DNA of 64,000 nt from Neoconidiobolus thromboides FSU 785 (GCA_025603075.1 MU626367.1:10261-74260), one strand, 5' to 3'. Shown: positions 24,166-38,382, counted from the first letter of the stretch. Made by a program: numbers and translations. Notes: a model not told the origin generated them from the sequence alone.

Positions 24166-25347
24166 ATATAAAGTTGAGTAGTTTGTTTGTCTAATGGATT
24201 TGTTATAATTATAAAATGCTTAAAATATGAAATATGAAATAAAAATAAAACCTATTCGATTATAACTAACAAAAGCTACTATTGTATGTTACTTCAACTA
24301 TCTTCTTATCAAACTATTGTTGTTTAAATGATTGGCTGATATTTAGATAGTTTTGTTAGTATAATTGGCAAAAGGCTGTAACTTGTAAAAATTTATACTC
24401 CTTAAACCTTTAATTGAAGTACAGTGAAATTAAAGATAAGGATAAGCGGAAATAAAGACTGGCTAAACATAAATGAGGTTTTCATCTATAAATTAAATGA
24501 AAAGTGAAGATGCTGTTGAAACAAAAAATATTTAATTTGCAATAGTATTGCACTGAAAAAATTCAAAATTCTCGATAAAGAATAAATTCTAATGATATCA
24601 TTAGACAAAAACTATCAATAAAATTTCAAAACTTAATACAACATTAGTATAACACTAACTATAATCTACAGTGATATAGAAATTTTAAGTAAGTTTGAGA
24701 CTTATTAAAAGTATACATTGTTCATTTAAGCAAAAATGCATCTTATTATCTATTTTAGTATAGTAAAAATTCGCTCTAAATTTAAAGTCGCTTTAAACAA
24801 CGTAAACAAAAAACCTATTTCTATGGCAAACAAATAAACCTTAATATTTCCAAGACTCAAATAATCTCTATTAATGATGTTTCTTATTAAAAATCTGGTT
24901 TATTTTTATTGTTGTTTTGGTTTTTAAAATCTTTTTGAGGTTTTGTAGAATTATTGTCAGTTTCAGCAACTCAAAATTACAAAAAAGCTAGCTAAAGTTT
25001 TTCACAAAAGTCTTGAAGATAAAGATCCTTGAGAAAATTAGAACAAAACGGCTCCTAAATTGGAAAATAAAAATAAAAAAATGAATTTTCGGGTAGTAAA
25101 TAAAGTATCTGGTAAGCAATATCTGATAGCCCTATATTGTTTTAACAGAGAAATAGTGGCTTATTTATTACTATATGTATTTAAAATTTTATTTCAATCA
25201 AACAATAGGTGATAAGTAGTGATAGTAACAATATGAGGGATTGATAGTATATAATGGTGAAAAAAACACAACACAATTGCCAAAAAAACCAAGATAAAAT
25301 AATTATTTATTGCTACTCTTTTATCATTTATCATCACTCTTAACAGA

Positions 25348-25810
25348 TGTGAAATATCGCTTTGTCAGTCCCATGGTTAGTTATAGCATAACAATCGCCT
25401 AAGCTGTTGTGTTCTCGAGTTCAGAGAAAATCAGTTCCACGTTCTTAGTTTGATTTGCTATGAGAATTTCTAGCTCCATCCCAAAGAATATTATCTTCTC
25501 GTTTTGATATCTATACTTTTCAGAGTATAAAAGAGTTTACAGAGTATAGTAGTTCGAGGCTTTTTAACTGAATTATTCCCTGATATCTCAAACATTTAAT
25601 AAAGCCACTAAGTTTTCTTAGTAGTATTTTACGTAGATTTACATTAGTATTGTCTATTCTATTTGTTTTACATAGTCTGTAGCCTACTACGTGCTATTCT
25701 TCACAATTCAAGTCTATCTTAGTCACATAAACTAAGACCTTTCGACTTATAGTGTAGTCAACCCAGCAATAGCTGTTCTTGACTCCAAGCACTGAATACC
25801 AGATTTCACA
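25348..25810 (+). mobile_element. Solo LTR copy A (463 bp)
   Basis: TGTGAAAT...ATTTCACA 8-bp terminal inverted repeat with TG..CA ends; internal TATAAAA then AATAAA; collinear homolog at 39870-40336. Flanks CAGA/CTTA, no TSD. Confidence 0.75.
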
Positions 25811-25820
25811 CTTATTATAT

Positions 25821-25917
25821 GGTAATATTTTTTTGATTTCATTATTTTTCCATTTTTTGAGCGCTATTTGAGTGGAAAAATTATTAGTAAAATTCTTAAA
25901 TACAAAGAAACATCCCC
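25821..25917 (-). mobile_element. MITE copy 10
   Basis: GGTAATAT...ACATCCCC; TSD ATAT; 10 bp from solo LTR A. Confidence 0.85.
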
Positions 25918-26702
25918 ATATATTGAGTTGTAATTTAATACTTTAGATAAATATTTAAAACAAACTTCGCTTATTATTTTATCACTTTCTAGATATAAGA
26001 GACTAAATTTTAATACTAATATAGTTTATTTATTATAATAGTTTAAATTTGTCAAATCTTGTTTTGTTTTTGTTTTTATATTTTATTTAAAATCATATAC
26101 AACTTTTATTATTTAATTTTTTAATAGTTTTATTAAATATATTTTTTTGAGTATTGATACAAAATTTACGTAATTTGTATAGCTTTTTTTCACTGTTTTT
26201 TTTGTTTTTGCTTTATTTATTATTATTACTATTAATTGCTTTTAAATAATTATATTAATTTCTACTTATATAAATCTAAAACTTCTATACTTATTGAAAA
26301 ATATACCAAAGCTATAGTTGATGACAATGATGTTGGGTTTTATTTCTTGTTCCTTTTAAAGTACTAGTTTTATACATTATTTGATTAAGCTTATTATTAT
26401 TATAAATATTATAAACTCTGGGCTATTATGAATAGTTTTCAAAATTAATTTGAATAAATCAAAATGTTTATATTATCTGCTTTTCCTTATACTATAATTC
26501 TAAAAAATGTTATTTCGATGTTTAGTTATAAAAGGTTGCATTTTGTTTCTTATTTTATTTTAATAAAAAGTAAAGTAAAATAATCACATATATTATATAT
26601 TTATTAACCATTTAACAAAGATATTTTTAATTACATACTTTATACTATTTTCATCAAATATTAAAAAATTAGTTATTAAAAAAAAAGAGATAACTAATAA
26701 TA

Positions 26703-26799
26703 GGGGATGTATTTTTGTGTTTAAGAATTTTACTAATAATTTTTCCACTCAAATAGCGCTTAAAAATAGAAAAAGTGATGAAGCCAAAAAAACATCCTC
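26703..26799 (+). mobile_element. MITE copy 11
   Basis: GGGGATGT...ACATCCTC; TSD AATA. Confidence 0.85.
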
Positions 26800-27538
26800 A
26801 ATAAATCTTTTAAATCTTTTTATTTTACTTTAAACTTTTTAAATTGAGACTAATTTTTAAGTAATTTTGAGGCCAATTTGGACATCCCCAAATGTTAGCT
26901 AGTCAAAAACAAAAGCCATGTTTTAATTTTAAATGGAGGCTAAAATGTATTTCAAGCATTAAAAGCTGATTTCTTAAGACTAAAACATGTTCTTTATGGC
27001 GAGACCTTACCATCTAAACCTTGGGTACTTGTTATTAATAGAATCTCTATCGAAACTGTTACTGGTAAAATTATCACTTGATAAATTCATTATCAATTGA
27101 CTTATATTTATTTTAAAATTATATTCTATTTTAATTATATTCTATTTTATGATTCAAAAATAAGACCATAACAATACAAACGATATAACAAATGGTTTTT
27201 ATGTTATCTGATGTTCTTTTTATAATATACAACATTATATTTTATAGCATTAATAGTTTTTAAGTCTTTATTTAAACCTTGTAACCAAATATAGAGTTTT
27301 CGTTGTTTCGATAATCTTCTAAGCTATCAAAGCAATGGAAAAAGCTTCTATATTAAGAATTAAGATAAACTCTGGTTATTGTAAATAAATAATTTAGTTA
27401 TCTACTCTGAAAACTAACTTTATAAAAAGTTTAAGCTTATATTAATTCAAGTAATTCAAGTTATAAGGATATTTTTTTTAATATTATTTGAAACCGAAAA
27501 TAACAACTGAAATGAGGTTAAAAAAACAACGAATTGAG

Positions 27539-27543
27539 CCAAT
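27539..27543 (+). promoter_or_regulatory. CCAAT box upstream of the ankyrin-chitin synthase
   Basis: GAGCCAAT about 230 bp before the ATG; same motif recurs upstream of other genes (see finding). Confidence 0.3.
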
Positions 27544-27774
27544 AAAAAGTAAGTGAAAATCAAATTATTAGTTAAATAAAAATAAAAATCATTTTAAAAA
27601 AATAAACGTTAGTAAAAAAGAAGATAATGAAAATAAACAGAGGCAGTAATAAACTATAAGGAAATATCAACAATGAAATGGAAAAAATGAAAAGTAATAA
27701 TTTGTTATTATTATTGTTTTTCATTTTCAATTCATCTATTTATTTATTCATTTGCATAACTTTTAATTAATATC

Positions 27775-30700
27775 ATGAAAGAAGAGCTACTAACTAATAA
27801 TAATGACATTGACGATTTAAGTGAAGATGAAGATGAAGATAATTTACTAATAACTAATATAACATTAAAGCAATATTATAAAAGATTAAAAAAATTGATA
27901 TTAAAAAGTCAAAGTAAAAAATTTAAAAAAGAGTTAATTCAAACTTTGAACACCCATGAACTTATCACTCGAGACAGTCAAGAGTTTACCTTATTTATTC
28001 AACTGATATTAGAAGTTATCTTTTGTTATTTGGATTTCATCACCCTAGATGATCAAGATATTGATATATATAATGATATTTTAATGTTATTGATGAATCA
28101 CGAACAATTTCATGTTGACTTAAACTGGAGAGGTAGTTGAATTATTACAGTACAATCAACTGTTTTTAATATTTATTTTTAACTTAGATGAAAAAGGACA
28201 AACTATTCTGTTTAAAGCGACCTGTTTAGATTTAGTAGACAATATCAAAGTACTTATTGAACTAGGTGCTGATCCTACAAAACTAGATAATGATGGTAGA
28301 ACTCCTTTAGCAATAGCTGCTTCTTTAGGCCACGCTGCCTCTTGCCAATTATTTACGAGTCTGGAAAAATATCCCATCAACCAACCTGATCTTCAAGGAA
28401 ATACTCCTTTATCTTTGGCAGTAATAGGAAACCATTTAGATGCTGTAGTACAACTATTGTTAGATGCTAAAGTAAATGTAAATAAGGCGGATTTGGTAAG
28501 TGCTGTTTTGAATTTTATAGTTATGGCTATTTATAATTTTTTAGTATGGCTGGACTCCTTTGATGTTAGCTTCCCATTTGGGTTATTTGGATTTAATTGA
28601 GCCACTCTTGGCTGCTGGAGCAAATCGAGATTTGATAGCACTAAACAAGAAAAACGCAATTGAGTTAGCTCTTGAGAATAAACACAATCCAATAGCCAAA
28701 AGACTTGTGAGTTTTTCCAAAATCAGTGACAAATATAAGCATATACCTAAGCGAGATAAGGACATAACTATAAAAGAGAAAAAGAAGGAGATCAAAAAGG
28801 AAGCTAAAAAAGAGAGCTTCATGAAGTTTGAAGATTCTTTTATGAAAGATTTATCTCTATCCTCTTGTGAGCAATTAGAAATTCAATCTAGATTAAAAAG
28901 AAATTCAAGTTTAGGGAAATCTAGAAATGCTTCTCCAAAAGAAGAAACGATCGATGACAACTCAAGCTTTAGTGAAACTAGGAAATTGGTTAGGAACGGA
29001 ACTTTAAGAAATAGAAAGATATATAATCAACTTGTTGAAAACGAATTACAAATAGAACAAAGTGAAGTGCCATTGAGTAATTTATCAAACAATTTAGAAA
29101 ATGAAGAAGGTCCAAAAGAAGGAATAAGGGCTTACTTCAATTTAAGCCATTTAAATAAATGGGAATATTTCTCTAGATTGCTAACAATCTGTGTTATTCC
29201 GCCTTTCTTGAGTAAATTAGGTGGCATGAAAGACCCACATATACAACAAGCTTGGAGAGAGAAAGTAGCATTATGTTTTATTATTTTAATGATTTCGTTT
29301 GGTCTTGGATTTTTAACTTTTGGGTTTTCTTCAATTATTTGCCAAAAAATTATTCCCATATTTCCAGACCAAGTGGCACGTGATTTTGGTATACATGCAA
29401 ATGGAACCAAATTGATGATTGTAAGAGGACAGCTTTATGATGTGGGTTCTTATTTTCCAGTTGGAAATCATCGACCTATTTTACCATTTGTTGATGAAGA
29501 TTTAAAAGATACTATTGAGCCTTACTATGGACATGATATCTCCCATATATTTCCACCAGATAAAAAGAGTTCGTCTTGTAAGTTTTGGCCCAAAAATTTC
29601 GATGAAAAATGTAAAGGCCTACAAGACGACCCTAAATTACACTGTCATACCTCTGCAGAATCATGGCGTGCGTTAAAAGAACTTTCAATCAAGAACTACG
29701 TCGCATTTTCTTGGGCGAATATTACAAACTCAATCAATAATGATAAACTATTCGTATTTAATGAGAAAGTATATACTTTAAAAGATTACTTTCTAGTACC
29801 TGAAGAAGAGGAAGAAGATCCAGATCTTTATCTCGGTGAGGAGTTGACGGAAGTTTTAAAGTCCTTTATTGGTAGAGATGCTACAAAAGATATATTAAAC
29901 AATAATAAACTAGCTGAGTTAATCCCTTGTTTTGAAGATCAATTGTTGGTGGGCAAGCTGGATGGTACTACTATTGGATGTTTTGCTTCTAATTTAGCTA
30001 TGGTCATTGCTACCTCAATCTTATTAACAATCACCGTTATCAAGTTCCTTGCTGCCATAAGCTTTGATTGGTTCCTTTCCTGGAAGTTAGGAAAAATATC
30101 CAATAAACCTCGTAACAAGAATACCCTTCCTCACCTCTTATGTCTTGTAACTTGTTATTCAGAAGGTGAATCAAGTTTAAAAACAACCTTAGATTCTATT
30201 GCATTGTCCGATTATTATGATAAACACAAAATACTTTTTGTAATTGCAGATGGTGACATCACTGGTTCAGGTAATGAAAAATCTACACCAGATATCTTAT
30301 TAGACATGCTCGAACCCTTAGATAAAGATGAAGAAATTAAACCAAAAGCGTATATTTCTATTGGAGATGCTAAAAAACAAATGAATATGGCGAAAGTTCA
30401 TATCGGAAATTATGTAGTACAAAATGACCGAAGAGTCCCTATGGTGTTGATAAATAAATGTGGTTTGCCATATGAAAGAAATCAACCTAAGGCTGGAAAT
30501 AGAGGGAAAAGGGACTCTCAATTGATATTAATGCGTTTCCTGTCAAACCTATGCTTTAACGAAAGGATGACCCCACTTGAATTTGACTTGTTTGAAAAGC
30601 TTTATCGTTTGACTAATATTACAGCTGATAAATATGAAATGGTATTAATGGTAGATGCAGATACAATGGTACTACCAGATGCTATTTCTAAGATGGTATC

Positions 30701-32342
30701 AGCTATGGAGAGAGATCCAACTGTTATGGGGCTTTGCGGTGAAACTAAGATTGAAAATAAAAGACAAAGCTGGGTGACGATGATTCAAGTGTATGAGTAT
30801 TATATATCTCATCACTTAGGAAAAGCATTTGAATCCATCTTTGGTGGTGTTACTTGTTTACCAGGTTGTTTTTGTATGTATCGTATCAAAGTAAGTAAAC
30901 CAGATGGTTACTGTGTTCCCATATTAGCTAACCCTGATATTGTTAAAAACTACTCTTCCAATGATGTATCAACTTTGCATAAGAAAAACCTTTTGTTATT
31001 GGGTGAAGATCGTTACCTAACCACACTAATGCTTAGAGCTTTCCCAAGGAGAAAAATGATTTATGTTCCTAAAGCTATTTGTAAAACAGTTGTACCTGAT
31101 GAGTTTAAAGTACTATTATCACAAAGGAGAAGATGGATTAATTCTACAGTACACAATTTGTTAGAGTTGGTATTAGTACCACAATTGTGCGGTATTTTTT
31201 GTTGTTCTATGCAGTTTGTTATTTTATTAGAGCTTTTGGGAACAGTTGTAATGCCAGCTTCATTACTATTTTTATCTTACTTGATAGTTAGTGCTTTCAT
31301 GGGTCAAGATGTATGGCTACCCCTTTTCTTTATGGCCTGTCTTTATTTTATGCAAGCTATATTAATCGGAGTTACGACACGTAAAGTATCTTACATAGGA
31401 TGGATGTTTATTTTTATTCTAGCTATGCCTATATGGAATTTTGTATTACCAGTCTATTCTTTCTGGCATTTTGATGATTTTTCATGGGGCGCAACTAGGA
31501 AAATTGATGGCCCAGATAACGGCCACGGTGATTCTAATGGGGAGAAGGAAGATGAAATAGAATGCATTGAACAAAAAAAGATTGGTGAATGGCAAAAATT
31601 ATCAAATAAAAAGAAAGAAAAGAGAATGAGTTACCAAGCTAAGGCAGAACAAAATAAGCTTAGAAGCATACGTATTCAAGAACTAGAATTAGCTAAAAAT
31701 TTTAAAGATGATAAGCTTAAACAATATCATCAAACTTTAAATAAGATTAAATTAGTTCAACTCAAAGAAAATAAAATTGAAATTGCACCTAATCATGAAA
31801 CTATAGAAACAACAAAAGCGCTTGCTAGTCCTACTTCGCCAAGCGCTGAGATAACGACTGAGAAGTTGTTCTTTGAGAAACAAATCCATGAAAGACCCAA
31901 ATCCGTTGCAATGGAACAATTGAACACAACACTAAAAAACGTTCCAAAGAAACCAAATAGAAGACTGTCAGTGGATAGAACTGAAGATAATGGGTTTTTA
32001 TTCTTAAATCAAAACAATATCACAGTTGGAATCCAACCACCGTTTAATAATAAACCTACAATAGATACTTTTGATGGCCAAGAAGAGGTTCAAGGAACAA
32101 TATTAAAGGATAATCGTTCCCCTGAGCAGCCTCCTTTAGAGCTAGGGTTATCAAGGTTAAATCTTAAGATTGAATCAAATATTTATGATCGCCCAAAAAC
32201 ATTACCTAGGGGACCTAGACTAGATAATAAATTCAAAGAAATTCAACATGAAGATGAAGGGTTTGATAATAGTAGCATCTCGAAACCTCTTCAAGTGCAT
32301 ACAGTTAAAGGAAAGCGAGTATCTCGGGACATGGATTTTTAA
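27775..32342 (+). CDS. Class IV (Chs3-like) chitin synthase with N-terminal ankyrin repeats (3 exons, about 1487 aa)
   Basis: Exons 27775-28132, 28188-28495, 28545-32342 join in frame. Ankyrin motifs GQTILF, GRTPLAIA, GNTPLSLA, GWTPLMLA; AWREKVALC, cytochrome-b5-like region (IVRGQLYDV), TCYSEG, NRGKRDSQ, VDADT, CLPGCF, LGEDRYLT, QRRRW, WHFDDFSWG. Confidence 0.9.
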
Positions 32343-32448
32343 ATTGATAGTAAATAAATATTTTTTTATATTAAATGTATTATTTTTATAACGAATAATT
32401 GATAAATAATTTTAAAAAATAAAGACAAAAATAAAATTATTAACGTTT

Positions 32449-33054
32449 TCATTGCTGTAAAAATGGATTGCTAATTTCAATAGCTTCCTCTTCAGGATGA
32501 ATCAATACTACAGTAGGGCCACGACATACTAGTAAACCTAACTCTCTAGTTTTATCTGAACCTTTGGCTTTATGAAAATATAAGTTTTAAATTGTATATA
32601 ATTGAAATAATCTTACTATTGCTTTCATTTGAATCCGCTATTAACAAGTTAAAGATTAATATTTTATATTAAGATTTAAAATGATTTTGCTTTACCTCTT
32701 ATAATTTCTATAGTATGGTCTAAAACCAAGTTTAAAAGGGGGTCGAACCCTTTTAAAATACCAGAAACTAAAAATTAGGTCATTGAATTTGAAAAGTGAA
32801 GGAAAAAGTAATTTACCTTCTCTGCCACCTGAAAATTTAACATGTACTTTTTTTTCTAAAAATTTAGAAAGATCCAATATCGACTCTTTCTTCTTCTTAG
32901 GTTTATCTAAATTATCCTTATTTCTATCGCCGTTATTGTTTGAATTTCCTCCTCTTCCTCGAGTGCTATTTCCTCCTCTTCCTGTACCACGTCCCTATAC
33001 ATTTAATCAGTTTTATTCTTTATTATTTTATTTCATCATTACTCTTCCTGACAT
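32449..33054 (-). CDS. LSM7: U6 snRNA-associated Sm-like protein LSm7 (5 exons)
   Basis: Spliced product MSGR|GRGTGRGG..KKKKESILDLSKFLEKKVHVKFSGGRE|VSGILKGFDPLLNLVLD..|..TRELGLLVCRGPTVVLIHP..ISNPFLQQ*. Confidence 0.9.
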
Positions 33055-33124
33055 TTTAAAATTGCTAAAAATGATTTTTTAAAATTTTAAAATTTTTAGT
33101 TTTTAAAAAATTCAAGTTGGTGTG

Positions 33125-33129
33125 ATTGG
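33125..33129 (-). promoter_or_regulatory. CCAAT box upstream of LSM7
   Basis: TGATTGGT about 70 bp before the ATG at 33054. Confidence 0.35.
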
Positions 33130-33632
33130 TGCAGCTTAAATTTGCAAATTTGTAGGGAACATAATAATGTCTAATTTATTTACGTTTAGGATATTATATC
33201 CTTTTATTATAGTACTGCTTGCCCTTTTATTTCGATATTGACAGGGGGTAGCGTGGTATTTGGTGATAACGGTTTTAACTTTGTGTCTCTTCATTGCGGC
33301 TCACTAAATATCAAAATATATATTAATTGTTATAGTAAACTATATATATTTAAAATTGACAATGAATAGAAAGTCTTTTGTCCTTGTTTAGAGCTAGTGC
33401 TTTTACTATACTTATTGCTTGCTATTATGTTATATGTTTATACTTGATATTTAAAAAAGTTATGCTTGGACACATTGACTGATATAAGACTTTTATGTTA
33501 TTGCTATTTAGCCATATAAAGTGACTAGATAAGGTGGCCTTCAATTTACCTTTAAGGAAAAATTATACTTTGTACAATAAATGGATTTTTAATCTTATTC
33601 TGACTTTTTTCAAATAATACTATTTACTATTT

Positions 33633-33728
33633 GGGGCTGTTTTTTTTGGCTTCATTATTTTTCCATTTTTAAGCGCTACTTAAGTAGAAAGATTATAGTA
33701 AAATTCTTAAATAAAAAAACACACCCCT
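33633..33728 (-). mobile_element. MITE copy 12
   Basis: GGGGCTGT...ACACCCCT; TSD ATTT. Confidence 0.85.
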
Positions 33729-34347
33729 ATTTACTGTTTACATATTATGCTAACATCCAATTTTATTTACATTTATGTAAAATCAAATGATTCCAACTAG
33801 TTGGAAACTTATACCATTTCTTTATGAGCTATGACATCCAATATTAACTTAATAACTATACAGGGTTTTACTGATCGCTATTAGAATTGAATACATTAAT
33901 TTAGTTATTTTAAAAATATACAATAGTTTTATTTATTAGTTGAAAGGGGCTAATACTTCAAATACATAACATTTAAAAATATATAACAAAAAATGGTGTA
34001 TAAAATAACAAAACTAAATTTGTTTTTTCAATTAAGAGACACTTCACAATATAGACATTAGCATTTCCAGAGTATAGAAAGATGAGATCAATAAACAAAA
34101 CAAACAAATACTTAAATGAAAACTTACTAAAAAAGATAAAAAATAGAACCAATAGTTTCAAAACGGAATTTAAAATTACATCTTAAAATAAAGTTTAATA
34201 ACATATATAAAAAATTATATTAAAGAATTTTAAATTCTACTAACAATAAACTAAATCTTATTAATACCCATTATTGCTACTTTATAGCATTTTGTTTTAA
34301 ATATATTGGATCCATTAATTACTATATTGCTATTTTTCATATAGTTT

Positions 34348-34399
34348 AACACTACTTTTTAACACTACTTTTTAATACTACTTTTTAATACTACTTTTT
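34348..34399. repeat. Tandem repeat, 13-bp unit AAYACTACTTTTT x4
   Basis: Four consecutive copies read directly from the sequence. Confidence 0.8.
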
Positions 34400-35252
34400 A
34401 CTATAGCTTAACAGTAATAGTCTTCAATTTTTTATAGTGTTTCAACTCTAATATTATTTTTTGCTATTTCTAGCGGTATAAAATTAAATCTTACATTTTA
34501 TTTAATTTCTTCTAAAAAAATCAAAGTGTATCATTATTTGATAATATTTATTAGTATTATTGTTACCATACTAACTTATAAAGCTTAATATCAAAGTATT
34601 CTTTAAATTTGCGGAAAGAAAGGATTCAAAAACCATTAATTATCGTCTTAAATGGGGTGGTAAGCTAGAGAAGATGGATAAAAGTAATAATAGTATAAAA
34701 CAAAGTTAGATAAAAAATAAAGTTTAAAACTCCATTATGTTCATTTAACTTGATTTTAAAATCCAGCAAATTAATTTTATCACTTTATTATGTTTATTAC
34801 GTCTATTATTGTATTTATATTTGTTATGTTAAATAATAAATAATCGATTTTAACTATTTTAAACAAAGTAAAAAGGTTGAAACACTATTTAAAAATTAGT
34901 TGATTTAATTGGTGGATTTCTACAAATCATCCTTTTAAGGGGATAGATTGTTGTGTGAGTAAAATAAAAATTGACCAAGTAAAGTAATTAAAATAAAAAT
35001 TGACAATCATTTTATAAATAAGAAGATCGAAAAAAAGAAAATAAAGGGGAAATGTTTAGTATATAAACGAAAAGGAATCCTTGTTTATTTTAAAATTATT
35101 TGAATTGTTATTTTATATAGACAGGTTTAAAACATTTTTTTAATCCAATCATCTTTAAACTACCCCACTTAGATTATTAATATAATTATTTATACGCCTT
35201 ACTTATCCTTACAACTTTTATTTACAAACATTCATTTTTAAAAAACAAAATA

Positions 35253-35699
35253 ATGGAATATAAATTAATTGGAAAAACGCCTTATAGTTATCATAACTCA
35301 CAACGATTAACACAATGTATAATAAGTATTACGACTGTATTAACCATGACTCCGTATTTAAAACAAAATAGCTTTTGTATAGCTTTATTAGCGATAAGTT
35401 TAACTTCTTTTTTATGCTCTAGTGTCTTTTTAGAAATAGAAACTTGGTGTAAAAAATATCGCAGTCACTTATTACTTGTTTTAATGATCCCAATGGTTGA
35501 GCCTCTCATCTCTTTGTTTATTTCTTTTATGTGGCTGCTTTTAGCCGTCGTAGCTCCTATTCATGCAAACCATAAACTCTTGTCACTATCTTCACAATGT
35601 GGCTTGTTACTCTTAAATTCTTGTGCTTGGTCTCTGCCAGTTATCATCAACCTTACCGTTATATTCTGGCCTAACTTAAGTATTTTTTGTAAAAAATAA
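35253..35699 (+). CDS. Hypothetical multi-pass membrane protein (148 aa)
   Basis: Open frame with four hydrophobic segments, slightly higher GC than its flanks, A-rich start context; no family recognised. Confidence 0.5.
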   Translation: MEYKLIGKTPYSYHNSQRLTQCIISITTVLTMTPYLKQNSFCIALLAISLTSFLCSSVFLEIETWCKKYRSHLLLVLMIPMVEPLISLFISFMWLLLAVVAPIHANHKLLSLSSQCGLLLLNSCAWSLPVIINLTVIFWPNLSIFCKK

Positions 35700-37346
35700 A
35701 AAATTCGTCGAATTTATTTTATTGTAAATATACAAATATATAAATAAGGGTCAAAAACAAGTTTAAAAATAGTCGCATCCCTTTCATTAGTTTTATTTTA
35801 AATATATTATAACCAATTACTAAATTTAAATTGCTGAAAATAAAGGGAAGTTTTTCTAGTACCTAAATCGTTTAGTAGGAAAGTCTACTATTTTTAAAAA
35901 CTGAAAAGAGATTAATTTATTAACTTGCTCTTTAGTTTTACACCAAATTACATTAGATTTTACAACTAATATGCAAAAGCTTAAGCAAACCAATCATTTT
36001 TAGAGTAGTAAATAACTTTTTGCTGTTCTCAACAAAATAGTTGTTTAATTTGAGCTAAATTAAAATTAAAAGTAAAATTAAAATGAATTTAATAATAATT
36101 CTGCTTACAAAAAACACCTTATTAAATTTAAAAGACTCAAATATTTATTAAGGTGTTGTTTTTGAATTTTAGACATACCAGTATAACACTATGATAAGAT
36201 AATAAATGACAAAAACAAATCATTAATAGATAAGATAAAATATTAGTGGAAAAGAACACCTATAAGGATTATTAGTAGAATCTTTATAAACTCATAGCAT
36301 GTGATTTTAGATCTAATAATAGTTTACTATTTCTGTACAAAACTTGTAGGTTAATTCGTAATGAAATTAATAATTATATTACAAGGATATATTAAATATC
36401 CTTGACAATTCGGATGTTTTTTAATATACTATATGACCTTCACAGCAGTTAATAGTATTTATAAAGCTACTTTTGACGATTTTTTGATTTAAAGACTAGA
36501 AAGTAACAAGAATGCTAAAATTAAGACTGTTTGCAGCTTAAAATAGCAAAGCTGCTCTCTTTCTTAATAAGTGTTATTACGTTCGAATTACTTAAGTCAT
36601 TAAAGTAAAAACTTGTTTTTATTGCAGTAGATATCAGTTTTATTTTGATATTTTGATCGAATGATTTAACAATGCAAAATATAGATTTGTTTTTAGCCTT
36701 TGGCAATGGACAAATTTAAAGAATAACACTATAATTGACCGTAATTCTGTAAAATAACTCCACAAATTGTAATCTCTTTTTTAAATTCTTTTGGTCAAAA
36801 CCATAAATTTTTAATTTTAATTTTATTAATTTATTTATGCTACTTTATAGACTCTTATTTTTTTGATTCTCCTCTTTTATTTTTGTATTTCCCCTAATTA
36901 GTTCATGTTAATTGAAAAATCCTTCGTTAATTTATTGCTCATAACCATAGTCAAAAGGGAGGAATTAATTGGCTGATTTTGAGTTTGTTTGAAGCCGTTG
37001 TTACTTTTATTGGTTAGTAGAAAAAGAACTTTGCTTTAATGATTTCACTACTAGAGCCAATCAATAGTCTAAGATTTGGGTTAATTGGGGATTTTAAGTT
37101 TGTCTCCGCCTTTAAATAGCTTTGAGTTTACCAATTAAATCACTTATAGAGGTTAAGGCACTTCGAAAGAATTTATGGCTTGGTAATTAACAGATATTTT
37201 TATTTTTATTTTGTGATTTAATATAGTTCTAGTTTTCAACTTACTATTAATCTTTCCGCTTTTTCATTTCTTATCTAGTAATTTAAATTTTTCTATTCAG
37301 CTAAAAATTCAACTAAATATATAGTATATAGAATTAATACATATTA

Positions 37347-38135
<789 letters not shown>

Positions 38136-38380
38136 AAGTGAATAGTTTTGAAGAGGATACTAAAGTATTATAAGTAAGAGAAGGCCAACATACAAACTCT
38201 ACTTCCATTTAAGCTACTATTTTAACGATCAATTACACTAGTTGTTTTCTTATTACAATTTTAATTTTTACCCTTACTTAACCTATAAAACCACCACTCA
38301 ATTAATTTTACACATCTTTTATCCCCTTTTATTTGCTTTAACTTTACATATTTCTTATTTTATAAAATACTAAACAGACT

Positions 38381-38382
38381 TG

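Noticed and set aside
33200-33300. GC-richer stretch upstream of LSM7 as a snRNA or snoRNA
   Set aside because: No U5 loop, Sm site or C/D box pair in convincing arrangement.
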